This document shows positions 15,133 through 23,939 of a stretch of DNA of 40,000 nt, piece by piece. The stretch is from Halobellus marinus (GTDB lineage: Archaea > Halobacteriota > Halobacteria > Halobacteriales > Haloferacaceae): positions 1,614,333 to 1,654,332 of the forward strand of contig NZ_CP134946.1 in the NCBI RefSeq assembly GCF_032113415.1. Direction: 5' to 3'. A program made the translations under genes and the position numbers. How positions within the stretch are numbered: position 1 is the first letter of the stretch; the number at the start of each line of letters is the position of its first letter. Under the pieces are notes generated by a model. That model was not told the origin of the DNA. It saw only the letters and a list, made by a program, of their open reading frames with translations, and searched no databases.

Positions 15133-16228
15133 CACAAACGGTGTCGAGGTCGACCGACCGACCCGCCCGCACGGCGTCGTGCACCTCGCGGTACAGGGCG
15201 GCGAGCTGGTCGCCGACGCGGTCGAGGCTGTGCTCCAGCGCCGTCTCTCGGGCGTTATTACCCAGCCGCTCCCGGAGGGCGTCGTCCTCGGCCAGGCGTT
15301 CGACTGCCTCGCGGAACTCCGCGGTCGTGTCGCACTTGAGACAGTCGTGACCGTCGGTGTAGAACTCCTCGAACACCGGGATGTCGCGGAGGACGACCGC
15401 CTTCCCGCAGGCCATCGCTTCGAGGACGGCGATCCCCTGGTTTTCGTTCTTCGTCGGGAAGAGGTAGACGTCGCCGGCGCCGTAGGCGCCGCGGATGTCG
15501 TCGACCCAGCCGGTGAAGGTGACGTTCTCGGGCGGATCCGAGGTCCACCGGCGCACGGCTTTCGAGGCGTGCGGCCCGGTGTCGTAGGGGCCGAACCACG
15601 CGAAGTCGTACGGCGTCGCCTCCGCGACCCGACAGAACGTCGTCAGTCCCTTCCGCTCGAAGACGTTGCCGACGAGGAACACGACCGTTCCCGAGAGGTC
15701 GTAGCGCTCGCGATACTCCTCGCGGAGGTCCGCGAACCCCGCGAGGGCGTCGACGTCGACGCCGTTCGTGATCGGGCGGATCGGCGCGTCGACAGGGTAC
15801 GATTCGAGGACGTCTTTCGTGTACTCGGAGGGACACAGCACCAGATCCGCCTGCGAGTAGAACCACCGAAGGTAGCGGCCCAATGCGGGAGCGACTGTCG
15901 TCGACCCGCGGAACGACTCCGCGAAGTCCTCTCGGGTGACGTGCGTGTGGAGAACGAGCGGGATCCCGTTCCGCTTTGCGTGCCTGGCGACCGCGAGCGA
16001 CCCCGGCCCGACGAGGTTGCAGTGGGCGACGTCGTACTCCCGGAAGACGCCGTCGCCGGTCGAAAGCGAGCGGAGCGCCGAGAGCGGCGCACCGCCCTGC
16101 CACGGCGAGGTGACGACCTCGACGTCGGTCCCGTCGAGTGCGGCCCGCTGGTGGTCCGCAGCGGTGCCGATGCCGCTTCGCTGGAGGTGGGATTCGAGTT
16201 CGAGGTAGTTGAGGACGCGGAGAGACAC
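15122..16228 (-). CDS. glycosyltransferase, GT4 (GT-B fold) family
   Basis: 368 aa. 'SGIGTAADHQRAAL' and 'FPTKNENQGIAVLEAMACGKAVV' are GT4-like. GTG start ~28 nt downstream of a 'TATATATA' box. Confidence 0.85.
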   Translation of the reverse strand: MSLRVLNYLELESHLQRSGIGTAADHQRAALDGTDVEVVTSPWQGGAPLSALRSLSTGDGVFREYDVAHCNLVGPGSLAVARHAKRNGIPLVLHTHVTREDFAESFRGSTTVAPALGRYLRWFYSQADLVLCPSEYTKDVLESYPVDAPIRPITNGVDVDALAGFADLREEYRERYDLSGTVVFLVGNVFERKGLTTFCRVAEATPYDFAWFGPYDTGPHASKAVRRWTSDPPENVTFTGWVDDIRGAYGAGDVYLFPTKNENQGIAVLEAMACGKAVVLRDIPVFEEFYTDGHDCLKCDTTAEFREAVERLAEDDALRERLGNNARETALEHSLDRVGDQLAALYREVHDAVRAGRSVDLDTVCDGR

Positions 16229-16347
16229 GTCGTAGGGCGTTCTGCGTGAACCTATATATACCGTTGCCTTCGCGGCGACGGGAGGTCTGCGGCCTATCCC
16301 CGACGCGCGGCCAACCAGAGATGGGCCCAGGGGACGTTATGCCGCCG

Positions 16348-17196
16348 TTAGCGCCCCCGAGCGGATTCCGGCGGGATCAGGAGAACGTTGTTGTTGCCGC
16401 GGGCGACGACGGATTCCGAGACGCTCCCCAGGAGGAGCCGCCGGAGGCGGCTCTGCCCGCGCGTCCCCAGGAGCGTCGTCGTCGCGTCGACCCGGGTCTC
16501 CTCCGCGCGAATCTCCTCTGCGGGATCGCCCTCGCGGACGTTGATGCCCGCCTCGATGCCCATCTCCGACTCGACTTCGGCGGCGAGGTCTTCGAGCTGT
16601 GCCGTGGCGTCCGACACCGACGTCTGACTCTTTCCGGACTTGACGTACAGGAGATCGACAGCCTGCGTGGCGCCTTCGAGCCGCGGCAGGTACTCGAACG
16701 CCCGTCGGGCGTTCTCGGAGAAGTCGGTCGCCACGAGCACGTGCTCGAAGAGGTGTTCTTTCACGACCGCCTTGTCCGACTCCGGCGGCGCGATGCGCTC
16801 GACGAGCAGCGGCCGCCTCGTTGTTCGGGCGATGTTCCGCGTCGTGCTGCCGACGAGTCGGTTCGAGAGTGCACTCTCGCCGCGGGAGCCGACGATCACC
16901 ATATCCGCGTCAAGCCGGTCGGCGAATCCGGTGATCCGTCGGTGTGGCGTCCCGCGGGCGACGTGCGTCTCGACGGCGAACCCGGCGGATTCGAAGACCT
17001 CACGCTGTGGTTTCAGCGCCGTCCGAGCGTCCGCCGCGGTGTCCATCCCCGGGAGACCGCTGGAGACGTTGTCCGGGACGACTGTCACCAGGTGGACCTT
17101 GGTGACGCCGATGTTGTCGAGACAGTCGAGACAGGTCCGCGACCGGATTGCTGCCTCGTTCGCGTCCGAAAGGTCAGTGGCGAATACAACGCGCAT
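16348..17196 (-). CDS. universal stress protein, tandem UspA domains
   Basis: 282 aa with two Usp repeats. The first is 'MRVVFATDLSD...MVIVGSRGESALSNRLVGSTTRNI'. The second is 'HVLVATDFSE...LLGTRGQSRLRRLLLGSVSESV'. Confidence 0.85.
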   Translation of the reverse strand: MRVVFATDLSDANEAAIRSRTCLDCLDNIGVTKVHLVTVVPDNVSSGLPGMDTAADARTALKPQREVFESAGFAVETHVARGTPHRRITGFADRLDADMVIVGSRGESALSNRLVGSTTRNIARTTRRPLLVERIAPPESDKAVVKEHLFEHVLVATDFSENARRAFEYLPRLEGATQAVDLLYVKSGKSQTSVSDATAQLEDLAAEVESEMGIEAGINVREGDPAEEIRAEETRVDATTTLLGTRGQSRLRRLLLGSVSESVVARGNNNVLLIPPESARGR

Positions 17197-17300
17197 ACGT
17201 CCGCTTCGTGCTCGACAGTTTAATATTGTGCGGTAATCCCAATAATATGAGACAGCAAAAGATCCGGAACGTCTTTACTCGCCCGTGGTGGTCTCCCGGT

Positions 17301-17582
17301 ATGGACATCCCGGCCGAACGCATCGAGCGACTGCACGCACTCGCTCGGGCCGCGACGGCCGATGGCGACGTCGACCGCGGTCGGGAGTACGTCCGCCTCG
17401 CGCGCCGGATCGCCGAGCGAAACCGATCCGGCCTCCCGCGTCGGTTCCGCCGGTTCGCCTGCGACGACTGCGACGCGTACCTCAGGCCGGGAGCGACCGC
17501 CCGCGTCCGTCTCCAGTCCGGGCACGTCGTCGTCAGGTGTCTGGAGTGTGGCGCGACGAAGCGGTACCCCTACGACGCTTGA
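17301..17582 (+). CDS. rnp4: RNase P protein component 4 (Rpp21/Rpr2 family)
   Basis: Internal ATG of ORF 17148..17582, giving 93 aa. 'ERIERLHALARAA...YVRLARRIAERN' plus the zinc ribbon 'CDDCDAYL...VVRCLECG'. Confidence 0.85.
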   Translation: MDIPAERIERLHALARAATADGDVDRGREYVRLARRIAERNRSGLPRRFRRFACDDCDAYLRPGATARVRLQSGHVVVRCLECGATKRYPYDA

Positions 17583-17588
17583 TTTGCT

Positions 17589-17625
17589 CCCCGCGCTGAA
17601 GCGCAGGGCTGTCTCCTCGGTTTTC
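17589..17625 (+). terminator. hairpin followed by a T-run downstream of rnp4
   Basis: 'CCCGCGCT-GA-AGCGCAGGG' (stem with one bulge) is followed by 'GGTTTTCC'. T-runs act as archaeal termination signals. The function here is inferred. Confidence 0.4.
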
Positions 17626-17708
17626 CGTAACGAAGACGAGGCAAGAGACCGATTCCGATCCGTCGGCAGTCTTAAGTTTCAAACCGTATGCCTCCGTAGC
17701 GGGTTCGT

Positions 17709-17957
17709 ATGGACGAAGAGGAGTTGCGGAAGCAGGCCCACGACCTGGACGTTACCGTCTGGGTGGGCAAGGGGGGAATCGATCCGGTCGTCGAGGAGGC
17801 GTCCGATCAACTCGCCGACCGCGACCTGATCAAGGTGAAGTTCCTCCGGGCGGCCCGCGGGGGGACGACCGTCGAGGAACTGGCCGACGAACTGGCCGAT
17901 CGCACCGACGCAAGCGTGATCGAGACACGGGGTAACACGGGGGTTCTCTACCGATGA
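17709..17957 (+). CDS. YhbY-like RNA-binding protein (CRM/CRS1-YhbY domain)
   Basis: 82 aa. 'VWVGKGGI' and 'LIKVKF' are characteristic of YhbY. A 'CTTAAGTTT' box lies ~30 nt upstream. Confidence 0.85.
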   Translation: MDEEELRKQAHDLDVTVWVGKGGIDPVVEEASDQLADRDLIKVKFLRAARGGTTVEELADELADRTDASVIETRGNTGVLYR

Positions 17958-18868
17958 TCGGGGGCGCAACTCTGCAGGTCGGCACCGGCCTGAGCGGATC
18001 GATCGCCCGCATCCTCACCAGTATCGGGATCCCCGACACGATCGCCGGGTTGCTCGGCCAGGTGCTGGCGTTCCTCGTCGTCTTCATCGTCGTGTACGTG
18101 GTCGGCCGGAGCGTACTGATCCCGGTCGTGAATCGGATGATGAACTCCCGGGGACTGGAGGCGCACGCCCGGCGACCCCTCCGGCGGATCCTCCTTGTCG
18201 TCGTCGTCTTCGTCGGGATCACCGCTGCCTTCGGCGCGGCGGGCTTTCCCGACTTCCTGCGCTCTTTGGCGACGATCGCCGCCGCTGCGACGCTGGCAAT
18301 CGGCTTTGCGATGCAGGACGTCCTGCAGAACTTCGTCGCGGGCATCTTCATCTACACCGACAAGCCGTTCAAGATCGGCGACTGGATCCAGTGGGACGGC
18401 AACTCGGGCGTCGTCGAGGACATCAGCTTCCGCGTCACGCGCGTCCGGACCTTCGACAACGAACTGCTGACAGTCCCGAACTCACAGCTCACCGACGGCG
18501 TGATCAAGAACCCGGTCGCGAAGGACAAACTCCGCCTGCAGGTCCCCTTCGGGATCGGCTACGACGACGACACCGAGAAGGCCACGGAGATCATCGTCGA
18601 GGAGGCAGAGGCCCACGAAGAGATCTTGGAGGATCCCGCGCCGACGGTGCGGCTTACCGAACTGGGCGACTCGTCGGTGACGCTCACCTCGCGCGTCTGG
18701 ATTGCGGACCCCAACCGGTCTGACTTCGTGAAGACGCGCGCGGAGTACGTCCAAAACGTCAAACAGCGGTTCGACGAGGAGGGGATCGACATCCCGTACC
18801 CCAACCGGACGCTCGGGGGGGAACTCACCGTCGCTGGGTTCGAGGAGATTTCGCCCGACGACGACTGA
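17954..18868 (+). CDS. mechanosensitive ion channel, MscS family
   Basis: 304 aa with 3 N-terminal TM, then 'IGFAMQDVLQNFVAGIFIYTDKPFKIGDWIQ...GVVEDISFRVTRVRTFDNELLTVPNSQL'. ATGA overlap with the yhbY-like stop. Confidence 0.9.
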   Translation: MIGGATLQVGTGLSGSIARILTSIGIPDTIAGLLGQVLAFLVVFIVVYVVGRSVLIPVVNRMMNSRGLEAHARRPLRRILLVVVVFVGITAAFGAAGFPDFLRSLATIAAAATLAIGFAMQDVLQNFVAGIFIYTDKPFKIGDWIQWDGNSGVVEDISFRVTRVRTFDNELLTVPNSQLTDGVIKNPVAKDKLRLQVPFGIGYDDDTEKATEIIVEEAEAHEEILEDPAPTVRLTELGDSSVTLTSRVWIADPNRSDFVKTRAEYVQNVKQRFDEEGIDIPYPNRTLGGELTVAGFEEISPDDD

Positions 18869-18907
18869 TACTGACTGTCGCGAGACGGGCCGTACTCTCC
18901 GGGCGGC
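18866..18907 (+). repeat. possible truncated copy (D) of the 79-bp element: 5' arm only
   Basis: 'TGATACTGACTGTCG' starts at the mscS-family stop codon (TGA-TAC-TGA). It is the exact complement partner of copy C's 3' arm 'ACAGTCAGTA'. No 3' arm is present, and the remainder fills the 39-nt gap to the convergent stop at 18908. Confidence 0.35.
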
Positions 18908-19720
18908 TCAGAGTTCGATCCGCTCGACCAGCCGATCCTCGGCCTTCGTATTGACCGCGACGATTCGAATGTGGTTTTCGAGCCCGGAGCCGTCGAGTTT
19001 CGCCTTCAGCAGATTGTCGACCTGATAGACGCCTGCGGCGTTCACCATCTCGATCTCGACGAGGACTGGGCTGCCGTCGCCAGGTCTGAGTGAGACGCTC
19101 TCGATCGCCTGACTCGACAGGGTGTTGATGCCGCGACCACCCTTCTCGTAGGGGATGCGCGAACGGCCCCGCTCCATATCGAGGGCGTCGGCGACCCGGA
19201 TGACGCCGGCCTCGGTCGTCAGCGGGTCCTCCTCGGTGTGGTGACAGAGGATCGCGTGAAGCACCTCCGCCTTCATCCGGACGGCCTCGCTCGCGTCGTA
19301 GAACCCGAACTCCGGGAGCAGCCGGTCCAGCAGGTCCGCTGCCAATGGAATCGAGTAGTAGACGTGCTCGTCGCGGTGAACCACGTGGCCGATGTCGTGC
19401 AGCGTCGCCGCCAGTGCGATGATCACCGGTTCGTCCGCCTCGTCGAGATCCTGGTCCCTCGCGCCGTTGAACCCGACTTCGCCGCCTTTCAGCAGGTCGT
19501 ACAGGTTCAGCGCGCGGTTGCGGACGATCTCGACGTGCTTCGTGCCGTGGTCGTTGTAGCCCTTTCTGGTGACAGCGTTGACGTTCTGTGCCTCCAGGTA
19601 GGTCGTGATCTCGGGATCCGAGAGAAGGTCCGGGAGAATCGCGTTGAGGCGTTCGTCCGGGAAGTTGTGCGCTGCCGCCGGCTCGTACTCCCGGCCGCCG
19701 GTTTGGTCTGCGTCGGTCAT
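18908..19720 (-). CDS. HD-domain metal-dependent phosphohydrolase
   Basis: 270 aa. 'HGTKHVEIV' and 'ATLHDIGHVVHRDEH' form an HD motif. Confidence 0.8.
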   Translation of the reverse strand: MTDADQTGGREYEPAAAHNFPDERLNAILPDLLSDPEITTYLEAQNVNAVTRKGYNDHGTKHVEIVRNRALNLYDLLKGGEVGFNGARDQDLDEADEPVIIALAATLHDIGHVVHRDEHVYYSIPLAADLLDRLLPEFGFYDASEAVRMKAEVLHAILCHHTEEDPLTTEAGVIRVADALDMERGRSRIPYEKGGRGINTLSSQAIESVSLRPGDGSPVLVEIEMVNAAGVYQVDNLLKAKLDGSGLENHIRIVAVNTKAEDRLVERIEL

Positions 19721-19833
19721 ACCCCCGGCTACCCCGGCGACGGCAAAGAGGGTGCCGCCGTGATCCGGCGGCTTCGCGAACCCCGGGATCCGCCCTCACT
19801 CCCCGTCGCACGACACGAGCGAAGAGATAGCGT

Positions 19834-20313
19834 CTATTTCCGAGCGTCTTCGGCCGCCTCGGCGACGGCCCCGTAGTCGGGTTCGACGCCGGGGTCGTCG
19901 CTCACCCATTCGTAGGTGACCGTGCCGTCACCGTCGACGACGAAGACCGCCCGCTTTGCGACGTTGCGGACGCCGAGGTCCGCGAAATCCATCGAAACGT
20001 CGTAGGCGTCGACGAGTTCGCGGTTGGTGTCGCTGATCAGGCCGAAGTTCAGGTCGTTCTGGTCGCGGAACTCGTTGAGCGTAAACGGCGTGTCGATGCT
20101 GATGCCGTAGACTGTCGCGCCGACGTCCTCGAAGTTGGTCATCCGGTCGCGGAAGGTGCACATCTCCGTCGTGCAGGTGCCGGTGAACGCCGCCGGGAAG
20201 AACGCGACCACGAGCGGTGCCTCGTCGAGGTGTTCCGAGAGGGTGAACGAGTCGACTGAGCCGTCTGCGAGCGGTGCCGTGAAATCAGGTGCGTCGTCGC
20301 CGACTGAAACCAT
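19834..20313 (-). CDS. peroxiredoxin (AhpC/TSA, Bcp-like thiol peroxidase)
   Basis: Internal ATG of ORF 19834..20388, giving 159 aa. 'APDFTAP' and 'VVAFFPAAFTGTCTTEMCTF' carry the peroxidatic Cys context. Confidence 0.85.
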   Translation of the reverse strand: MVSVGDDAPDFTAPLADGSVDSFTLSEHLDEAPLVVAFFPAAFTGTCTTEMCTFRDRMTNFEDVGATVYGISIDTPFTLNEFRDQNDLNFGLISDTNRELVDAYDVSMDFADLGVRNVAKRAVFVVDGDGTVTYEWVSDDPGVEPDYGAVAEAAEDARK

Positions 20314-20443
20314 ACTCCCGCTTCGGGGGCATCCGGGTTCAGTGTTGTTGTTTCTGGTCCCCCATATGTCTGCGACGCCCAATTTCACGCGAGTGTGCGG
20401 AGCAAAAAGCCTATAATTGCGACTGAGTTAGGTGCTGGTAGTG

Positions 20444-20704
20444 ATGTTCGGAACCACCACCCCACTGTTCCCGGGGCTGCCGGGCGGGCCGGAAGTACTC
20501 GTCGTGCTGCTCATACTGGTGTTGCTGTTCGGCGCAAACAAGATCCCGAAACTCGCCCGGTCGACAGGTCAGGCGATGGGCGAGTTCAAGCGCGGCCGCG
20601 AGGAGATCGAAGAGGAGCTCAGCGAACTGGAGGACGACGAGGAAGCCGAGGAGACCGAGACCGAGGCCGAAACCGAGACCACGACGTCGACTGAATCCAA
20701 CTGA
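20444..20704 (+). CDS. tatA: twin-arginine translocase subunit TatA/E
   Basis: 'LVVLLILVLLFGANKIPKLARSTGQAMGEFKRG' is the TatA TM plus amphipathic-helix signature, followed by an acidic tail. ATG 20444 lies ~30 nt downstream of 'CTATAAT'. The track start 20432 is a GTG. Confidence 0.85.
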   Translation: MFGTTTPLFPGLPGGPEVLVVLLILVLLFGANKIPKLARSTGQAMGEFKRGREEIEEELSELEDDEEAEETETEAETETTTSTESN

Positions 20705-20793
20705 GCTGTTCTCCCGCCCGCCTCGTTTTCCCCTGCTCGGCGGTTTTCCGGGAACCGTATCTGTTTAACCGCTGACTTCGCTACCCCACGGTG

Positions 20794-20867
20794 GGACGTG
20801 TGGCCTAGTGGATCAGGGCGAGGGGTTCCTAACCCCTAGAGCGCGGGTTCGAATCCCGTCACGTCCG
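20794..20867 (+). tRNA. tRNA-Arg (anticodon CCU)
   Basis: Hand-folded cloverleaf. Acceptor GGACGTG/CACGTCC, D stem GCCT/GGGC, anticodon stem AGGGG/CCCCT with loop TTCCTAA. Variable loop of 5 nt, T arm GCGGG-TTCGAAT-CCCGT, discriminator G. No encoded CCA; followed by TTTT. A 'GTTTAAC' box lies ~30 nt upstream. Confidence 0.9.
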
Positions 20868-20956
20868 TTTTCCGCCGCGCGACAGCGAGGCGTGAAAACG
20901 ACACTGCGGGATTCGAAGCAGGGAGGTCGCGCGCAGCGGAGCGAGCACGTCCGACC

Positions 20957-20984
20957 GTGGTTCGAATTCCGTGACGGTCGTCCG
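20957..20984 (+). other. degenerate copy of the tRNA-Arg 3' end (T-arm/acceptor-like fragment)
   Basis: 'GTGGTTCGAATTCCGTGACGGTCGTCCG' versus the tRNA 3' end 'GGGTTCGAATCCCGTCACGTCCG'. It does not fold as a T-arm and no 5' half was found. Confidence 0.4.
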
Positions 20985-21073
20985 CCCCGCTCACTTCCCC
21001 GACAACTGCTCGCTCCCTCCGCTCGCGGGCTTTCTCTCACGCCAGTCCATCTCCTGAGCGACGGCCGTTCCGA

Positions 21074-21964
21074 CTACAGATCCACGCGGTCGCCGATCTC
21101 GACGATTTCGAGCGTCTCCGGGTACGCGTAGCTCCGTGCGTGGTGGTGCAGGACCTTCGGATCGGCGGTCAGCCCCTTCCACATATCCCAGTGGCTCGGG
21201 AGGTAGCGATCGAACTGCAGATCCGACGCCATCTCGATCGCCTCGTTCTCGGTCGCATACCAGCGGGTTCGCTTCGGTTCGCCCGTCTCCTTGTCGTCGA
21301 TGTTGCCGACTGCGCCGAATGCGAGCACGCCCAGGTCGATGTCGTAGCGCTCGCCGACGGCGTCGAACTCCTCGTGGGGCTTCGTGTCGCCGCCGTGGAA
21401 GAACGTGCCCGTGTCGTGCTCGAAAACGTACGAGACCGGATGCGTCGAATCCGGGTCGTTCGAGATCTCGACGTGGACGGTGAACTCCCCGACATCGACT
21501 GTTTCGCCCTCGGCGACCTCGTGGAACTGAGATTCGTCGACGTCATACTCGCCGATCCACGCCTCCTCGTCGAGCGCCACGGACAGGGAGTCGTCGGGGG
21601 CGTAGAAGGTCGCCCCGGTGTTCTCTAAAATCGGCGCCTGACTCGGGCCGTGGGTGTGGTCGGTGTGCTCGTGGGTGGCGAAGACGGCGTCCATCTCCGT
21701 GATGTCTTCCGGGGTAAATGGGACCGGGATCATCCGGACCGTCCGCGGCGGATCGCCCGTCCCGATGTAGGGGTCAATCGCAACCGTCGTTCCGTCGCGA
21801 CCCTTCAGGATGAATCCGTTACAGCCGAGATACCAGATCGCCACGGTGTCCGGATCCGCCGATTCGACCGCACGCGGCAGCCAGTCGCTCCAGTCGCTCT
21901 GCGTCATAGGTTCGGGTGCGGCCGGCCGGGGACTAAGTGTTCCGGAGAAGGCTGCAGCGGTCAT
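21074..21964 (-). CDS. MBL-fold metallo-hydrolase
   Basis: 'ATHEHTDHTHG' (HxHxDH motif) and 'FHGGDT'. The start is uncertain: ATG 21964 (MTAAAF) is preferred and 21907 is an alternative. The track start 22027 uses AT-rich codons atypical for this genome. Confidence 0.8.
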   Translation of the reverse strand: MTAAAFSGTLSPRPAAPEPMTQSDWSDWLPRAVESADPDTVAIWYLGCNGFILKGRDGTTVAIDPYIGTGDPPRTVRMIPVPFTPEDITEMDAVFATHEHTDHTHGPSQAPILENTGATFYAPDDSLSVALDEEAWIGEYDVDESQFHEVAEGETVDVGEFTVHVEISNDPDSTHPVSYVFEHDTGTFFHGGDTKPHEEFDAVGERYDIDLGVLAFGAVGNIDDKETGEPKRTRWYATENEAIEMASDLQFDRYLPSHWDMWKGLTADPKVLHHHARSYAYPETLEIVEIGDRVDL

Positions 21965-22101
21965 TCGAGGGGTCTCCCCCGGTCGCTGATCGTGAATCTC
22001 TCGTGCGAAGACTGGATATATACACATATAATGAGTACTGAGACGACCAAAGGCAGGAAATTCGGCCTAGGAACGTGACGTCCTTCCACAGAAGATATTT
22101 A

Positions 22102-22121
22102 TATCGGAGCACTCTCCGATA
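22102..22121. promoter_or_regulatory. perfect 8-bp-stem palindrome inside an AT-rich intergenic island
   Basis: 'TATCGGAG-CACT-CTCCGATA'. The flanks extend the dyad imperfectly (ATTTAT...ATAAAT). It lies in the ~220-bp AT-rich gap 22028-22250. Confidence 0.4.
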
Positions 22122-22250
22122 AATTGCTATGTCATCCCATAACAGGGAAACCGCCACGTTCTCACAGATGGATGCCGCGATGCGGCAGTGCAGTTCGTGG
22201 CGCCCCGGATCAACCGCCGATTCCGCCTGAGTTGATGGTGCCTCGCCCCC

Positions 22251-22700
22251 CTACTCGGCGTCGAGGTTCCCGAACGCCTGGTCGACTAACTCGCCGGTGT
22301 CAGCGATAATTTCTGCCATCGTCTCGTCGTCCGGCGCCATCCCGGCAAGTCGTGCGATGCGCATAATGCTCACGTGATAGACGGTCTGGACGCCCGGCTC
22401 CTCCTGCCAGATCACGACGTTACACGGGAACAGTGCGCCGATCCGCTTTTCGCTCGCGTCGAGGGCGCGGTCCGCCATCGTGGGGTTGCACGCGCCGAGG
22501 ACGTAGTACGGGTCGCGGCCGGCGTCGACCTTCTCGTTGAGCATCTCCGACGCCGAAAACTCGGTCGCGACGCCGAATCCGGCGTCCGTGAACGCCTCGC
22601 GGACGTGTTCGACTGCCGCCTCGTGCTCCATATCGAGCGTCGCGCGCTCCTCGCCGATATCTCCCGCAGCAACTGCCTCCGGATCGATGGGTAGTGTCAT
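22251..22700 (-). CDS. DUF302-like small alpha/beta protein
   Basis: Internal ATG of ORF 22251..22826, giving 149 aa (MTLPIDPE...). 'YYVLGACNPTMADRAL' and 'LFPCNVVIWQEE' resemble the DUF302 family, identified from memory of the family. Confidence 0.7.
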   Translation of the reverse strand: MTLPIDPEAVAAGDIGEERATLDMEHEAAVEHVREAFTDAGFGVATEFSASEMLNEKVDAGRDPYYVLGACNPTMADRALDASEKRIGALFPCNVVIWQEEPGVQTVYHVSIMRIARLAGMAPDDETMAEIIADTGELVDQAFGNLDAE

Positions 22701-22770
22701 CGTGGCCCCCTTCGCTCTCCATCTATGAAAACCCGCGGGGGCCGGAAAGAGAGGAACGGAGAGGAGAACC

Positions 22771-23460
22771 TCAGAGCGGAACCGGCAGCCAGCGCAGCGC
22801 GGCGAGGACCCGCTCCGGCGGCACAACCGGATCGTGGAGGACGAGCCAATCGAGCAGCGTCAGGCCGAGTCCGTGGGCCACGATCGACGGCAGCAACGAC
22901 TGGCTGTGGTAATCGAAGGCCCCGAAGAGCACGTCCGTCGGGGACGAAAGCAGCAGTTCGATCGGCGGCTTCCCGACGTGGTGGAGGGCGTAGACCGCCG
23001 GACTGATGAAGACGCTCTTGAAGCCGAGTTCCTCGCTGACACCGACACACAAGAGGCCCCGGTAGTACGTTTCGGCGGCGATCACGACGATAAGTTGCTG
23101 GATCGTATGCGGGAGAAACGCGGTCAGCGCCGTCGACGTCTCCCACATCGGATAGTACGCCCGGATGCTCGGTAGCGACGACCCGACAAGGTAGAAGGGG
23201 ACGACGAACGCGGCGAGGACGAGCGTATCGCGGAGCGCCGCCCGATCGACGTGGAAGCCCAGATCACGGCCGTGCGTGACTGCGAGCCCACCGGGAACGA
23301 CCAGAAACAGCACTACGTCGCGGACGACACGAGCAGTGAGGTCGGTCGGCGGGACCGTCCACGTGCTCCACAACGCCGAGAGAACGAGGCCGACGATAAG
23401 CGACCGCTGGAGCCAACTCGTACCGACTGCGAGGTCGCGGATCCGGGTGTGGGCGGACAC
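22771..23460 (-). CDS. CPBP-family intramembrane glutamic endopeptidase (CAAX protease-like)
   Basis: 229-aa polytopic protein. 'AAETYYRGLL' (EExxxR-like), 'FISPAVYALHH' and 'LPSIVAHGL' match CPBP motif spacing. GTG start. Confidence 0.75.
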   Translation of the reverse strand: MSAHTRIRDLAVGTSWLQRSLIVGLVLSALWSTWTVPPTDLTARVVRDVVLFLVVPGGLAVTHGRDLGFHVDRAALRDTLVLAAFVVPFYLVGSSLPSIRAYYPMWETSTALTAFLPHTIQQLIVVIAAETYYRGLLCVGVSEELGFKSVFISPAVYALHHVGKPPIELLLSSPTDVLFGAFDYHSQSLLPSIVAHGLGLTLLDWLVLHDPVVPPERVLAALRWLPVPL

Positions 23461-23476
23461 CGTCCTCAGCGGCCCC

Positions 23477-23758
23477 TTACTCCGTCTTGACGGGGCCGTC
23501 GCCGACGACGTCTTCGAGGAGATCGACGAACGACTGCCGGGAGTCGATGTACGTCTCGTCGATCTCGTCGAGGACGTCCGCGAGCGTCTGCGGGCCGGAC
23601 GGCGTCCGGATCACACTGTCGCCTTCCTGTTCTTCGATCCGGCTCACTTCGTGGGGCCAGGTCAGCCGAGCGGCGACGCGCGCGAGCGGTTGTCCCTCGA
23701 CGGATGTCTCCTCGCCGAGTTCGACGACCGGTCCCTCGGCTTCTTCCTCGTCTGTCAT
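23477..23758 (-). CDS. small acidic hypothetical protein
   Basis: 93-aa ATG ORF with acidic composition and high GC3. Located 16 nt upstream of the CPBP gene, suggesting an operon. Confidence 0.6.
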   Translation of the reverse strand: MTDEEEAEGPVVELGEETSVEGQPLARVAARLTWPHEVSRIEEQEGDSVIRTPSGPQTLADVLDEIDETYIDSRQSFVDLLEDVVGDGPVKTE

Positions 23759-23939
23759 ACCCGCGGGTTGGCAATCCCGGCCAATAATCCCTTCGACCCG
23801 GCTATCGTAGCGGTTGCACGTCTTCGTTCACACGATCGCACGAAAGCAAGCGATCGGATGGCCAATCAGTTGCAAACGCGGCTATTCGTCGTGCATCTGT
23901 CTGACGTACCGTTTTGTGTCGCGGGTCCGAAGGGCCCGT

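Noticed and set aside
13915-16249. 474-aa and 378-aa + strand ORFs antisense to the two GT4 genes
   Set aside because: The minus-strand translations carry clear GT4 motifs. The + strand products are Arg/Gly/Asp-rich artefacts.
20868-21073. Second (possibly intron-containing) tRNA gene downstream of tRNA-Arg
   Set aside because: The TTCGAA-containing segments do not form a 5-bp T stem with a 7-nt loop, and no complementary acceptor 5' half could be found on either strand. It is kept only as a tRNA-derived fragment.
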